This document shows, in pieces, positions 29,870 to 39,753 of a stretch of 64,000 nt of DNA. The position numbers were made by a program, and so were the translations under genes. The number at the start of each line of letters is the position of its first letter. Within the stretch, counting starts at the first letter, position 1. Where the stretch lies: the NCBI GenBank assembly GCA_018882585.1, contig VFFB01000003.1, positions 10,359-74,358 on the forward strand, read 5' to 3'. The notes under the pieces were generated by a model. That model had not been told where the DNA came from, ran no database searches, and worked only from the letters and a program-made list of their open reading frames with translations. Origin of the DNA: Candidatus Kapaibacterium sp. GTDB taxonomy: Bacteria; Bacteroidota; Ignavibacteria; Kapaibacteriales; Kapaibacteriaceae.

Positions 29870-32800
29870 ATGGGACGCATTCTGGCTGTAGCCATAGCAC
29901 TGCTGATGGGATCAGTAGTATCGGCACAGCAACTGGTCGATTTATTTGATGTCAGCAACCGTCAAGGTCGGGACTTTGCAGGGGCGGTCGTTCGCCTTGA
30001 CATACGCAACAGCGTTAATGTCAATCAGCTGCAGGTTAGGCGTTGCGATACTGACATTCAGTTGCCGTTTTACGCAGAGCCGTGGACCGTTGGCACGGAC
30101 AGCCTTGTGCTTTGGGTTCGAGTTGACACGCTAAAGCGATCATCAACGATCACGCTCAAGGTGTTGCGCGATCCCGCACAGTTGGTGTCCCGGTCGAGTG
30201 GACCGAACACGTTCGGTGTGTTTCAAGAGCGCATCACGCCAACGAATGCGACGTCAGCAGCGGGGCCGTTCACAACGTGGTCAGGAACTCCGCCTCCATT
30301 CGGAAGTGGTATGATAATCGAGGCTAGTATGCGGGCCACGCGTGCCGGTGGTGGTCTGTTTGCCTTCTTCGGCCAAGATGATACGTGCGGCAATGGCTAT
30401 GTCGTACAACACGATGCTCGTGCAACGTCGAGTGATCCCGACTTGTACAGGCTGACGAACGGAACACCAACCAACCTTGGTGCCGACCAGAATACGTGGA
30501 ACGTCAACGACACCGTGCGGTACACGATTCGTGTCAAATCCGACTCTGTGACAGTTGCTCGATACAGCGTAGGCAACAAGTCAAATCAACACAGCTTGCG
30601 GGCGAAGCGGACCGAGGCTGGAAATCCCTGGGTGACGTTCGGCGTAGCGAATCTTCCTGCGTCCGCCGGCTCATTTGCTGTTGACTGGGTGCGAGCGCGA
30701 CCACTGATCGAACCTGAGCCTGTCGTAACACGAAAGCCCATTGATATCGTGCGGAGTCCGGGCAGTGCAGTGGTGTGCGGCGACATCCCTGTGATCCTGA
30801 CCGCGCCTGGCGGGTGGACTTCATACCAGTGGTCCGACGGGTCGGCAAACCGCAACACGACGGCTCGTCAGGGCGGACTGTACACTGTTACCGTACGAGA
30901 TAACAATGGCTGCGCCATCACGCTTCCGGGTATTCAGGTTCAGTACGAGGATCGCCCGGTTGTAGGAAACGATACAGCCTTCAATCTTTGCCTTGGCCGC
31001 CGTGAGATCTTGCGGGTCAGGCCGGGAATGGCGTCGTATAGATGGTACATCAGCACCGGTCAGAAACAGACCAAACTTGCAAGTGTACTAGATACCGTCA
31101 GCATCGACTCGGCTGATTTCTACACCTGTATTGCTGCAACGCAGCTGGGCTGTACCGACACGGTACTGTTTCGCGTCAATCGAGTGTTCGATAACACAGC
31201 AAAGATCAACGGTGCCAATCAGGAGATATCGATTTGTGACGGCGACTCGGTGGTTTTAGAGGCACAGCCACCGCTAAGTTCATACAGGTGGTTCAGAGAT
31301 TCTGTACAACTTCCCCAGACCACTCAAAAAATCGTCGTACGTGATTCCGGAACCTATAATGTTCGGGTACGTGTCGGCGGAGATTCGAACGCCTGCATCT
31401 CCATTGCGCGCGTTCGCGTGGTGTTTGCAAAGCCAATTCCTTTGGAAATCGACACCGCCGTTCGCATTTGTGAAGGGGATTCGGCAGTGTTCATCATCCC
31501 TAACGGATTTACACGAGTCGAATGGAGTAATGGCGCGAGATCAAATCGACTCGTTGTGCGTGAGAATACGAAACTCCAACTCGTTGCCTCGATCGAGGGA
31601 GCATGTGCAGTACGCCGCCGCATTACTGTCGACGTGTTACCAGCGCCAAAGATCAGCGTGCGAAGCGTTGATGGACGCAAGTCGATTTGCCGTGGCGAAA
31701 CACTCGACATGGAGTTTATCAACGACGCGCCGTCGTACACCTGGACAAGAAACGACACGGTAGTTGGCTCATCGAAGCGCATTACCGTGAATGTTCCGGG
31801 AACATATGTCGGCTTGGTCGTCTACCCTAACGGCTGTGTCAAATCAGACACGATCACCATCGACGATGGACTTGCCGCGCCAGAAGTGATTGCCATTGAC
31901 GGACAGGCGATCTGTGCCGGCGACTCGACGCGTTTGACGACGGCCGGTAAGTTTCAGACCTACCTATGGTCGACCGGTGAAACCACTGATACCATCTGGG
32001 TGGATCAGCCGGGAACGTACTCGGTACGAGTCACACTCTTTGAGTGTTCGGCGAATTCGTCGATTCTTATCGAGCCGGCCGACCCTCGTGGGCCGGCGAT
32101 CTCCATTGGTGATACGGTCTCGTTATGTCCGAACGCGCCCAACTTGTTTGTTGAGGTTACGAATGCCCAAAACGTCCCTCGAAAGTACCGCCTTGAGCCT
32201 CTCAGCAGCGAGTTCGTTGTACCCGAGCCGGACGTGACGATCCCAGCAAGTACAACGGCTAGAATCGCCGTCACCCTAGCAAGTGCAGGCCCGGCACGGA
32301 TGTTGAATTGTCCAATCATCGTCAAGGATGACTGCCGTTGGATCGACACGATAAATGCCGTCGTTGACTACGGGCCCAAGGATGTGGCTGTTGCAATGTC
32401 GATGTCATCGGGCAATGCTCAACTGCGATCCGGCGATAACGCGTCATTCTTGCTTGTCGGAACCGACGCGTCTGGTCTCAGGAGGTTCCGGTGGAATGAT
32501 ACCGTGTGGCTGACGGTTCGGGTGGACCCCGATCTGCTACAGATCCGATCAGCACAAGCCACCTGCTACGTGAGCAACATTGTTGTGAACGACGCCGCGG
32601 GCTTGGTAACCTACGTGCTTTCCGACTGTGCCGATGGCACGGTCGAGCCTTTCCTGCAGCAGGATCTTACGGTACTTACGGGCACGACGCTCACCACGGC
32701 GATCTCAATAGACTCCGTACGCGGATCTAATCCGTGCTTCGCGCTACCCACGCCCTCCAATCTGCTGGACGTGCCCATCGCACCATACGGGTGTGAACTC

Positions 32801-33067
32801 TCCACCATCCAGCGTCCTCTCTCTCCCGTCATCAATGTTCGCGGAGGGGGCGGCGACCTTGTCTTGGTCGATGTCGGAACGTCGGATGTTGATGTCAACG
32901 TACTTGCCGTTGACATGCTTGGTCGAGTTCTATCCTCGCACCTCATAAGTCGGTCAGAGGCCAACCGTACCGTGCAGATCGTGATCGCCGATGGTTCATG
33001 GACCTACATTCATGCTGTTAGCGTGCATGGATCCATGACGGTACCGGTAGCCGGGGGCAGCCAATGA
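29870..33067 (+). CDS. Large surface protein: DUF2341-like N-domain, tandem Cys-containing Ig-like repeats, cohesin-like domain, degenerate CTD
   Basis: LPFYAEPW...LWVRV N-domain; about six ICxGD...Y.W...I.V...G.Y.V repeats; TATTTTTG at 29839-29846 supports the 29870 start. Confidence 0.75.
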   Translation: MGRILAVAIALLMGSVVSAQQLVDLFDVSNRQGRDFAGAVVRLDIRNSVNVNQLQVRRCDTDIQLPFYAEPWTVGTDSLVLWVRVDTLKRSSTITLKVLRDPAQLVSRSSGPNTFGVFQERITPTNATSAAGPFTTWSGTPPPFGSGMIIEASMRATRAGGGLFAFFGQDDTCGNGYVVQHDARATSSDPDLYRLTNGTPTNLGADQNTWNVNDTVRYTIRVKSDSVTVARYSVGNKSNQHSLRAKRTEAGNPWVTFGVANLPASAGSFAVDWVRARPLIEPEPVVTRKPIDIVRSPGSAVVCGDIPVILTAPGGWTSYQWSDGSANRNTTARQGGLYTVTVRDNNGCAITLPGIQVQYEDRPVVGNDTAFNLCLGRREILRVRPGMASYRWYISTGQKQTKLASVLDTVSIDSADFYTCIAATQLGCTDTVLFRVNRVFDNTAKINGANQEISICDGDSVVLEAQPPLSSYRWFRDSVQLPQTTQKIVVRDSGTYNVRVRVGGDSNACISIARVRVVFAKPIPLEIDTAVRICEGDSAVFIIPNGFTRVEWSNGARSNRLVVRENTKLQLVASIEGACAVRRRITVDVLPAPKISVRSVDGRKSICRGETLDMEFINDAPSYTWTRNDTVVGSSKRITVNVPGTYVGLVVYPNGCVKSDTITIDDGLAAPEVIAIDGQAICAGDSTRLTTAGKFQTYLWSTGETTDTIWVDQPGTYSVRVTLFECSANSSILIEPADPRGPAISIGDTVSLCPNAPNLFVEVTNAQNVPRKYRLEPLSSEFVVPEPDVTIPASTTARIAVTLASAGPARMLNCPIIVKDDCRWIDTINAVVDYGPKDVAVAMSMSSGNAQLRSGDNASFLLVGTDASGLRRFRWNDTVWLTVRVDPDLLQIRSAQATCYVSNIVVNDAAGLVTYVLSDCADGTVEPFLQQDLTVLTGTTLTTAISIDSVRGSNPCFALPTPSNLLDVPIAPYGCELSTIQRPLSPVINVRGGGGDLVLVDVGTSDVDVNVLAVDMLGRVLSSHLISRSEANRTVQIVIADGSWTYIHAVSVHGSMTVPVAGGSQ

Positions 33068-35298
33068 GATTTCGTATCACGATCTTCATGCTGTTTCTGT
33101 CTGCATGCGGTTCCCTTGTGGCCCAGACGACCGTTCTGCGTGGCGGCAAGGTTTTTGTGTTTGACACAACGAAACAATCGATCCTCATCGATGCAAGGGG
33201 TGGTCTTGGCCTGCATCTTGCGTCTGACCTTCGGTGTCTGGACGACGGCAACTGCAAGCCGTTTCAAGGTGGCCTAGGTACGTCATTCGGTTTGAGCCTG
33301 GGCTTTGAGCAGGAGATAGACACAACCTATTGGTGGTTAGGAATGGTTGGTCTTGACTTGTGGTCAGGCTCACAAACCGTTACCGACGAGTCGGCCCGTG
33401 TGCGCGATGCAAACAACAATGTTGTTCCTCTCGTCCGGGATCTGACCCTTGAAAGCAAAGGCATGTCGATTGATGTTGCCGGCGGTGTTCAGATGCGAAT
33501 GGAGTACTGGCGTTTCTGGGCCATGCCCTTCGTCTCCATTGCCGCAGAATCACCAACGTGGTCCCAAACGGCAACCATACGCTCTCCGGCCGGTATCACG
33601 TATCCAAACGGAAGCACCGTAGACATCACCGTTCCCGAGGCTCCGATTCCTGATGCTGCCGTCGTTCGTGTCGGACTGCGCGCAGGTGTTGGTCGGGACG
33701 TATCGTTGGAGCCTCTTGGCGTTATCACGCCAGCCTTCAACATCGCATACTCTCCGATGTCGATCCGTGCAGGAACAACCTGGTCTGATCTTCGAGCAAC
33801 CCTTGGAGCGACGCTTCGGATTAACGTCGATGATTTGCCAGACACGGTGGATGAACGACGTGAAGTCTTTAAGATCGACACTATCATGGTACGTCGAACC
33901 GGTCCCACCGACGATGACTACGTTGTGCAAGGTGCAAAACGATTTGTGCTCGATACGACTCGTGAAGGATATTTCCGTACGACCACCGAAACCATGTTTC
34001 GAACGGATACGCTTGTTCGCGAGATCCGTTCTACCGAGATCGTATCGACAATGGGTCGAGGGAACAAAGAAGACAAGATGGTTTGGCGGCGTGTAAGCGG
34101 AAAAGCGAAGCTAGAAGGACCCGTTGTCATCGACACCCTGAACGTCGAGAAACTAGATACATCGAGTCCACTCAGCAAGCTGCGTTTTGACATCAACGTC
34201 AACCGATCTGAGTCGATCTACATGGTGCTGCCCACCATCTTCTTTGACTCGTTATCAGCAACGATTCCGTCACGATATCGTCAGCTTCGCACCAGTGACA
34301 TCAGTTTGTACCGCGAGACCGACGAGGCTACTGCTCAAGACGCAGTGTATCACGACGTACTTAACGTGATCGGTAGCCGCGTCAAGAGCACGAATGCACC
34401 GATTACGATCCGAGGCTACATTGACGCCGTTTCCGACAGTGCAGATTGCGAGCTGTCACTTCGTCGGGCCATTAGCGTTCGCTCGTATCTGGTTTATGTA
34501 TGGGGCATCGATTCCAACCTTGTATCTGTCGAATGGAATCCAACGGATTGTCAGCCGGAGGTCGTCAGTACAAGTCAGTCCCCGAAAGCTCAGGAAGAGC
34601 GTCGCCGGGTAACGATCAGCTCGACGTCGCCCTCGCTCTACCTTCCGATTCTTCGTATGGATCAATCTACCTCGCTCGTTCCCGCCATCAACCAAGTGAA
34701 GCTCGATGGTTTATCACTTACCGACGTAGCCATCAAGCAATGGGCATATAAGTTTGAACGCGAAAACCAGATTCTTTGGAGTCGTGAAGGAACAGGAATA
34801 TTCTCCGACCTTGATCTCTCTCCCGCCGTCGAGGCCACGAGGATCTATCGAAATCGAGATGCACCGGTTGTCGTGACATTGACGTTGATCACTGAACAAC
34901 AGGACACCCTGATCACGGCTATTCAGATGCCGACTGTTCTGAATCAGAATCGGCAGAAGATCAAGCGTCTATCGCTCGCTACGTTTGATATTCGTAGTTC
35001 ATCCATCAGTGACCGTGACCAAGGACTGTTGAAGAACTTCATGGATCGACTTGATAAAGGCGACAAGGTTGAGATCATCGGATATTCCGATGACCTTGGT
35101 GAGCGCGATGCCAACCTCAGGCTTTCACAACGCCGTGCCGAGACGGTCGCCGACATTGCTCGTAAGCTTCGTACAGACGTGTCTGTTACATCGGTGGTCG
35201 GCAAAGGCAGTTCTGAGTTGCCTGTTGGAGTAACGGACTATAATCGTCCCGAGAATCGCTTTCTGAGTCGAATCGTACAGCTCCGCATTCTTGACTAA
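33064..35298 (+). CDS. OmpA-family outer-membrane protein (beta-barrel plus two OmpA-like domains)
   Basis: C-terminal FDIRSS...IIGYSDDLG...NLRLSQRRA; internal IRGYID...LSLRRAISVRSYL; ATGA-coupled to the upstream gene. Confidence 0.85.
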   Translation: MRFRITIFMLFLSACGSLVAQTTVLRGGKVFVFDTTKQSILIDARGGLGLHLASDLRCLDDGNCKPFQGGLGTSFGLSLGFEQEIDTTYWWLGMVGLDLWSGSQTVTDESARVRDANNNVVPLVRDLTLESKGMSIDVAGGVQMRMEYWRFWAMPFVSIAAESPTWSQTATIRSPAGITYPNGSTVDITVPEAPIPDAAVVRVGLRAGVGRDVSLEPLGVITPAFNIAYSPMSIRAGTTWSDLRATLGATLRINVDDLPDTVDERREVFKIDTIMVRRTGPTDDDYVVQGAKRFVLDTTREGYFRTTTETMFRTDTLVREIRSTEIVSTMGRGNKEDKMVWRRVSGKAKLEGPVVIDTLNVEKLDTSSPLSKLRFDINVNRSESIYMVLPTIFFDSLSATIPSRYRQLRTSDISLYRETDEATAQDAVYHDVLNVIGSRVKSTNAPITIRGYIDAVSDSADCELSLRRAISVRSYLVYVWGIDSNLVSVEWNPTDCQPEVVSTSQSPKAQEERRRVTISSTSPSLYLPILRMDQSTSLVPAINQVKLDGLSLTDVAIKQWAYKFERENQILWSREGTGIFSDLDLSPAVEATRIYRNRDAPVVVTLTLITEQQDTLITAIQMPTVLNQNRQKIKRLSLATFDIRSSSISDRDQGLLKNFMDRLDKGDKVEIIGYSDDLGERDANLRLSQRRAETVADIARKLRTDVSVTSVVGKGSSELPVGVTDYNRPENRFLSRIVQLRILD

Positions 35299-35403
35299 TG
35301 TGCTGCCTGTGAGTGGTCTACGGCGTGCAAGCTCTGGATTGCCAGTACTGATTGCGGCGTAGGGTCGACAAAGACATACGTTGTAACACCCTGCGCCGAT
35401 GCT

Positions 35404-37866
35404 TCAGTCTGACGTGGCCGTCGCACGCGCAGAACGGATCGCAGCAGCCGTACGTCGAACCTCGCTTGTGGATGCTGATACGGAAAGAAGGTTCGCCGCA
35501 CCTGCTTCACGTACGATATGGACGTCGCCGGGCATAACCATGCCGGAGAGAACCAAGATGGCCAGCTTATGATCCGTCGTGGTGAACATCGTTCGAAGTT
35601 GACGAATGAGTTCAAGAGCCGTTTCGTCGACTCGATGGATATTGACAACCACTAGGTGTGGATCATCGTCTGGTCGAAGGTTGAGTGCCTCTTCAAAGGA
35701 AGCATACGACCGAACTCCGTGTCCATCTTGCTGCAGCGCCGCCTCCAGGCGCGATCGACGAAGCGTATTGCCGTCGATAAGAATAATTTCAACGGGACGA
35801 CTCGCAACCTCGGTGGCACCATCGTCGTCATCGATGGATGGTACGGGGCGAGAGTTCCTTGGTTCGGGTATCGGCAAACTGATTGTGAATGTTGTGCCAA
35901 CACCAGGGGTGCTATCCACCTCGATCACACCACCGTGCATATCAACAAGATGCTGTGCGATCGACAATCCCAACCCTGTAGACGTGTTTGGATCACGCGG
36001 TGCTGCTGCTTGTTGACCAAACGCGTCAAACATCTCGGGTAATGCCTTTGCCTCGACACCAATTCCAGTATCTCGCACGCGCACGTCGACGCAACTGCCA
36101 TCTGGTGGATAGCAGACGTCAACGCTGATCTCACCCCAGGTTGGGGTGAACCGGATTGCATTTCCTACGATATTCAGGACGATCTGCTTCAAACGCCTCG
36201 GGTCCGCTTGTACCATGGTACCAGACGGGACTGACGACGCGAAGTGCAGCACCTGGTGCTTCGTTTCAGCAAGCGGCCGCAATACCTCGAGCGAATCAGC
36301 AAGTACCGACACGACGTCGCATTGCTGTAACTGAATCGTCAGTTCGTGCTGACGCGCCTTTGTTACATCCAACAGGTCGTCAATCAGTGATGACATGTAC
36401 ATTCCATCATCGTGGATCGCACCAAGATGATTCGTTTGTTCACTCGACAATGGACCATACACACCGGCGGACATGGTTTCGGTGATACTCAACATTGCCG
36501 CCAGTGGCTGTCGAAGGTCATGCGAGATACTTGCCAACGCATTGTTCAGCGCCAGGCCTGAGTGAGTATCTAACTTTGATGTCGGACCCGGCGTCAAACG
36601 AGGATGGGTTGATGTCGCACCATCTTTTCGCCGAGCTACATCAAGCATAGCTGCCATTGTAGCCGATAGGGCCTGCAGACCGATAGTTGCCGGTTCTGGA
36701 GTGTCGTCTTCCTGATACGAGATCAGGATCATTACGCCGACGCATCCCATTGTTCCGAACAAGGGTGTCGACTGAAATGTGCACGCGGTAGATGTGTCAG
36801 ACATCAAACGATGTACGACAAGCGACGTCTCGGCATCGACGTTGTTGACGATACGTTTGTTCGAGTCTTTCTGCAGAAACGATATCGGAAGGTCATACCA
36901 TGCCTCAACGGCGACACTCGTTGCCTGATTATCACACCGTAGACTTCTGACGAGTTCACGATACGTGCATGTGCCTAGGTCTGACGATGTACATTCAAGC
37001 AGTATTCCAACGTCTGCTGCGGTATGTTGCACCGCAGCTCGAAGCAGTCGGCCGACCGATGGTACAATCTCACCTGTTGAAATAAAGGTTGCTTGTGCAT
37101 CTGCGATAAGCTCAAGCAGCCCCTTGGAATCGTCAGTCTGATGCCGGTGTGTTGTAGTTTCATGCCGTACTGCCGTGCCCGCCATTACAGCGGTCTGGCC
37201 GCCATCTTTCCACGCAACAAAGCGACCTTTCACGTCAAAAAGAAGGTAGTGCCCATCATCGTGGCGGAGTCGAACAACCGACTCAAAATACTGTTCTTCG
37301 TTGCGAAGCATTCGCTCGTATGCTGCTTCAGCCGATCGCAGGTCTTCTGTGTCGATACGCTCTACGAATTGCTCCATAGGCAATTCATAGCGGTCGCCGG
37401 GAACTCCAAACTCTTGCAAGAGATCTCCCTCGATATGCAGTCGATCGGTAGTAAGATCCCATCGCCATAGCGCATCGACCGACCCAAGCAGAAGATCCTT
37501 CATGCAAGTCCATTCCTCTGCGTTGGCAAACACAAAACTGTGTGGCCACACATCCGCTGCACGCGATACGGTCATCAGATACTCATGTTCACCAATTCGG
37601 GAGATCGAACAATTCAGCTGTGCCTGACTGGTACCACCTGCTGTTCTGATTCTTCCCGTCCAGTGCGCGCCGCTTGTTGTTAGTTCTTGTAGTACATCAA
37701 CAATTCGTTGTTGGCCAGTAGACGTCGCGATTGATAACCAGGAAGCAGCGGATACGTCCGCGTTATCAAGGCGGTTCAGCTCCTTGAACGCTTCATTCAT
37801 GTACCGGATGTGACCATCGGTAAGATGGGCAATACCTATGGGCACGTTATGTACGTTGTAATCCAT
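35404..37866 (-). CDS. Hybrid sensor histidine kinase (PAS/PAS/GAF-like, HisKA, HATPase, degenerate receiver)
   Basis: H-box SHDLRQPL, N-box NIVGNAIRFT, DTGIG, GLGLSI; no TM segment seen. Confidence 0.9.
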   Translation of the reverse strand: MDYNVHNVPIGIAHLTDGHIRYMNEAFKELNRLDNADVSAASWLSIATSTGQQRIVDVLQELTTSGAHWTGRIRTAGGTSQAQLNCSISRIGEHEYLMTVSRAADVWPHSFVFANAEEWTCMKDLLLGSVDALWRWDLTTDRLHIEGDLLQEFGVPGDRYELPMEQFVERIDTEDLRSAEAAYERMLRNEEQYFESVVRLRHDDGHYLLFDVKGRFVAWKDGGQTAVMAGTAVRHETTTHRHQTDDSKGLLELIADAQATFISTGEIVPSVGRLLRAAVQHTAADVGILLECTSSDLGTCTYRELVRSLRCDNQATSVAVEAWYDLPISFLQKDSNKRIVNNVDAETSLVVHRLMSDTSTACTFQSTPLFGTMGCVGVMILISYQEDDTPEPATIGLQALSATMAAMLDVARRKDGATSTHPRLTPGPTSKLDTHSGLALNNALASISHDLRQPLAAMLSITETMSAGVYGPLSSEQTNHLGAIHDDGMYMSSLIDDLLDVTKARQHELTIQLQQCDVVSVLADSLEVLRPLAETKHQVLHFASSVPSGTMVQADPRRLKQIVLNIVGNAIRFTPTWGEISVDVCYPPDGSCVDVRVRDTGIGVEAKALPEMFDAFGQQAAAPRDPNTSTGLGLSIAQHLVDMHGGVIEVDSTPGVGTTFTISLPIPEPRNSRPVPSIDDDDGATEVASRPVEIILIDGNTLRRSRLEAALQQDGHGVRSYASFEEALNLRPDDDPHLVVVNIHRVDETALELIRQLRTMFTTTDHKLAILVLSGMVMPGDVHIVREAGAANLLSVSASTSEVRRTAAAIRSARATATSD

Positions 37867-38120
37867 GGTGCACAAAGGTATCGAACGTCACATGTTCCCG
37901 AGTGCATGGTGAATTGTCCATTGTTGACCATACTATCCACGAACTTGTCCATGGTGAGGGTATCCTTGTGCGCCCAACATCGCGTCATGAAGTTGCGACG
38001 AATATGCCACGCGTTGTCATGCAAATGTAAATGAAATGCCGTACATTTACGCATCAATGTGGATGTATGATCCGCATGTCGATTGATGTACGACCAGTTA
38101 TTCAATAACATGGGCTGCAC

Positions 38121-38846
38121 ATGAGTCAGGACAATCTCCACCGTCCCACTGAGCGAGACTACACGCTGTTGATCATTGAGGACGATGAACGCATGCGACG
38201 CTCGTATGCCGACTACTTTCGTCATCATGGTCATCGAGTGATCGAGGCCGGTTCGGCTGAGGAAGCTGCAGAGGTGGCCGACATCAGTCACTTTGACCTC
38301 GCAATTGTCGACTGGTCACTTCCCGGGACGGATGGAGTTGCATTCTGTACACGGCTACGCGCTCAACGACCCGACGTTCCGATTGTGTTGCTGACAGGTA
38401 GGGCAGACCTCGATTCGCAGCTTGAGGGATACACCTACGGTGTTGATGATTACTGGACGAAACCGTTCCCATTGAGTCTGGCTTTGGTCAAGGTACAGGC
38501 GCTGCTCCGAAGACATAACCATGAGTCGATCCCAAATGACAGGATCTCTTTCGGAGACGTGGTTGTTGATCTGCACACGCGTACGGTCCAGAGGGATGGC
38601 CAGCACATAGAGCTCAGCGACAAGGAATTCGGCATCCTCAGGGCACTGCTCGCCGAAAAAGGTGCACCGGTCCGCCGTCAAGCCCTACTGGCACGAGTTT
38701 GGGGCTACGAGTCTCTCCCTGTCACACGTACAGTCGACAACTATATCGTCGCACTTCGTCGCAAGATCGAAGATGACCCGGCCCATCCCAAGTACGTTCT
38801 TACGGTCAACGGCATCGGATACCGCCTGCACAGAGATGCTAAGTAG
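38121..38846 (+). CDS. OmpR/PhoB-family response regulator
   Basis: Receiver IEDD, IVDWSLP, KPF; winged-helix TRTVDNYIVALRRKIE...GIGY. Confidence 0.95.
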   Translation: MSQDNLHRPTERDYTLLIIEDDERMRRSYADYFRHHGHRVIEAGSAEEAAEVADISHFDLAIVDWSLPGTDGVAFCTRLRAQRPDVPIVLLTGRADLDSQLEGYTYGVDDYWTKPFPLSLALVKVQALLRRHNHESIPNDRISFGDVVVDLHTRTVQRDGQHIELSDKEFGILRALLAEKGAPVRRQALLARVWGYESLPVTRTVDNYIVALRRKIEDDPAHPKYVLTVNGIGYRLHRDAK

Positions 38847-38906
38847 AACCCGTTAGGGGCACTTAGAGGCTCTATCAAGGCGCAATAGGGTTATGAGCTG
38901 CGAACA

Positions 38907-39287
38907 TCAGCTCGTGCGTTTTGTCGGTTCAGCGACGTATCGCTCCACGATATCGCGCAGCTGACGCAATTCGGAATGCAGCGCCTCCATGTCTACGCTG
39001 GTCATTGCACGCTGCTGAAACATCGTCCCCTTACCGGTCAATAGCCAATCGGACGAAACGGCATGCTCCTTCGATAGAAAGATCAGCAGGTCCAGTCCCA
39101 AGTTGGTCTGGTCATTGACGACACGTGATATGTAGGCACGCGTAAGTCCGCTGCCTCTTGCGATATCGGCGTTCGTAAGTCCGAGAACATCCCGCACTTC
39201 GCGAAGCCGACCATTTACATCAGTTCGTATCACGCCAATTCGTCGCTTCGTAGGTGCATGTAATGTTTTGTCCGACTCGTAGCGCAC
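38907..39287 (-). CDS. XRE-family HTH regulator, phage CI-like (start may be 39233)
   Basis: RLREVR...LTNADIARGSGLTRAYISRV HTH and the CI-type DWLLTGKG motif; no S24 peptidase domain. Confidence 0.85.
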   Translation of the reverse strand: MRYESDKTLHAPTKRRIGVIRTDVNGRLREVRDVLGLTNADIARGSGLTRAYISRVVNDQTNLGLDLLIFLSKEHAVSSDWLLTGKGTMFQQRAMTSVDMEALHSELRQLRDIVERYVAEPTKRTS

Positions 39288-39290
39288 GGC

Positions 39291-39317
39291 GCGTCAACGG
39301 TTAACTATATTTGACGC
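39291..39317. promoter_or_regulatory. Operator-like palindrome GCGTCAA-N13-TTGACGC overlapping a plus-strand TATATTTG element
   Basis: Perfect 7-bp arms; TAnnTTTG at 39306-39313; lies between divergent regulator genes. Confidence 0.6.
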
Positions 39318-39416
39318 ATCGATTGGCGATAGGTGACCAATGCAGTCAGAAACCTAGGAAGGACGGTCATGGTTGCCAGTTGTGCCAAGTTCGATGTGTT
39401 GCATACGATATACGCA

Positions 39417-39449
39417 TGTCAACGGTTTGTCAACGGTTTGTCAACGAAA
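39417..39449 (+). repeat. Three tandem 11-bp direct repeats TGTCAACGGTT (third imperfect)
   Basis: TGTCAACGGTT TGTCAACGGTT TGTCAACGAAA; a further GTCAACGGTT at 39293-39302. Confidence 0.85.
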
Positions 39450-39461
39450 CTACGCACGCAC

Positions 39462-39728
39462 GTGACGTTACCAAACGAGATAGCTTTTGAGGAGTTGTGT
39501 CGGCTGATCGACTCGACGCCATTCAAGCGCGCACCGTTTCGTGGCATCCTTACAAAGGTGGCCGAGCAGTTCAACTACAAAGGAGGACGTCGCTCCGTGT
39601 ACCAGGCTATCAAAGTGAACCGTAACGTGGCCGTGATGATGGCCGTGGCCGAGCAGATCAACGAGGTGAACGCAAGCATCCGGCAGGCATTAGCATCTCA
39701 TGAATCGCGGCAACAATCAAACGAATGA
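39462..39728 (+). CDS. Small helical protein, possibly Cro-like DNA-binding (start uncertain)
   Basis: Divergent from the XRE gene; LTKVAEQFNYKGGRRSVYQAIK resembles an HTH; followed by a strong terminator. Confidence 0.5.
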   Translation: MTLPNEIAFEELCRLIDSTPFKRAPFRGILTKVAEQFNYKGGRRSVYQAIKVNRNVAVMMAVAEQINEVNASIRQALASHESRQQSNE

Positions 39729-39753
39729 CTCTGCTGTCGGCCCCACGACTTCC

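Noticed and set aside
39417..39449. CRISPR array or plasmid iterons
   Set aside because: Units are 11 bp and contiguous with no spacers; no cas or rep gene.
26315..39728. Prophage, suggested by the tail-fibre-like protein and the CI-like repressor
   Set aside because: No integrase, terminase, capsid, portal or lysis genes. The fibre has a Sec signal, and the two genes are ~10 kb apart among cellular genes.
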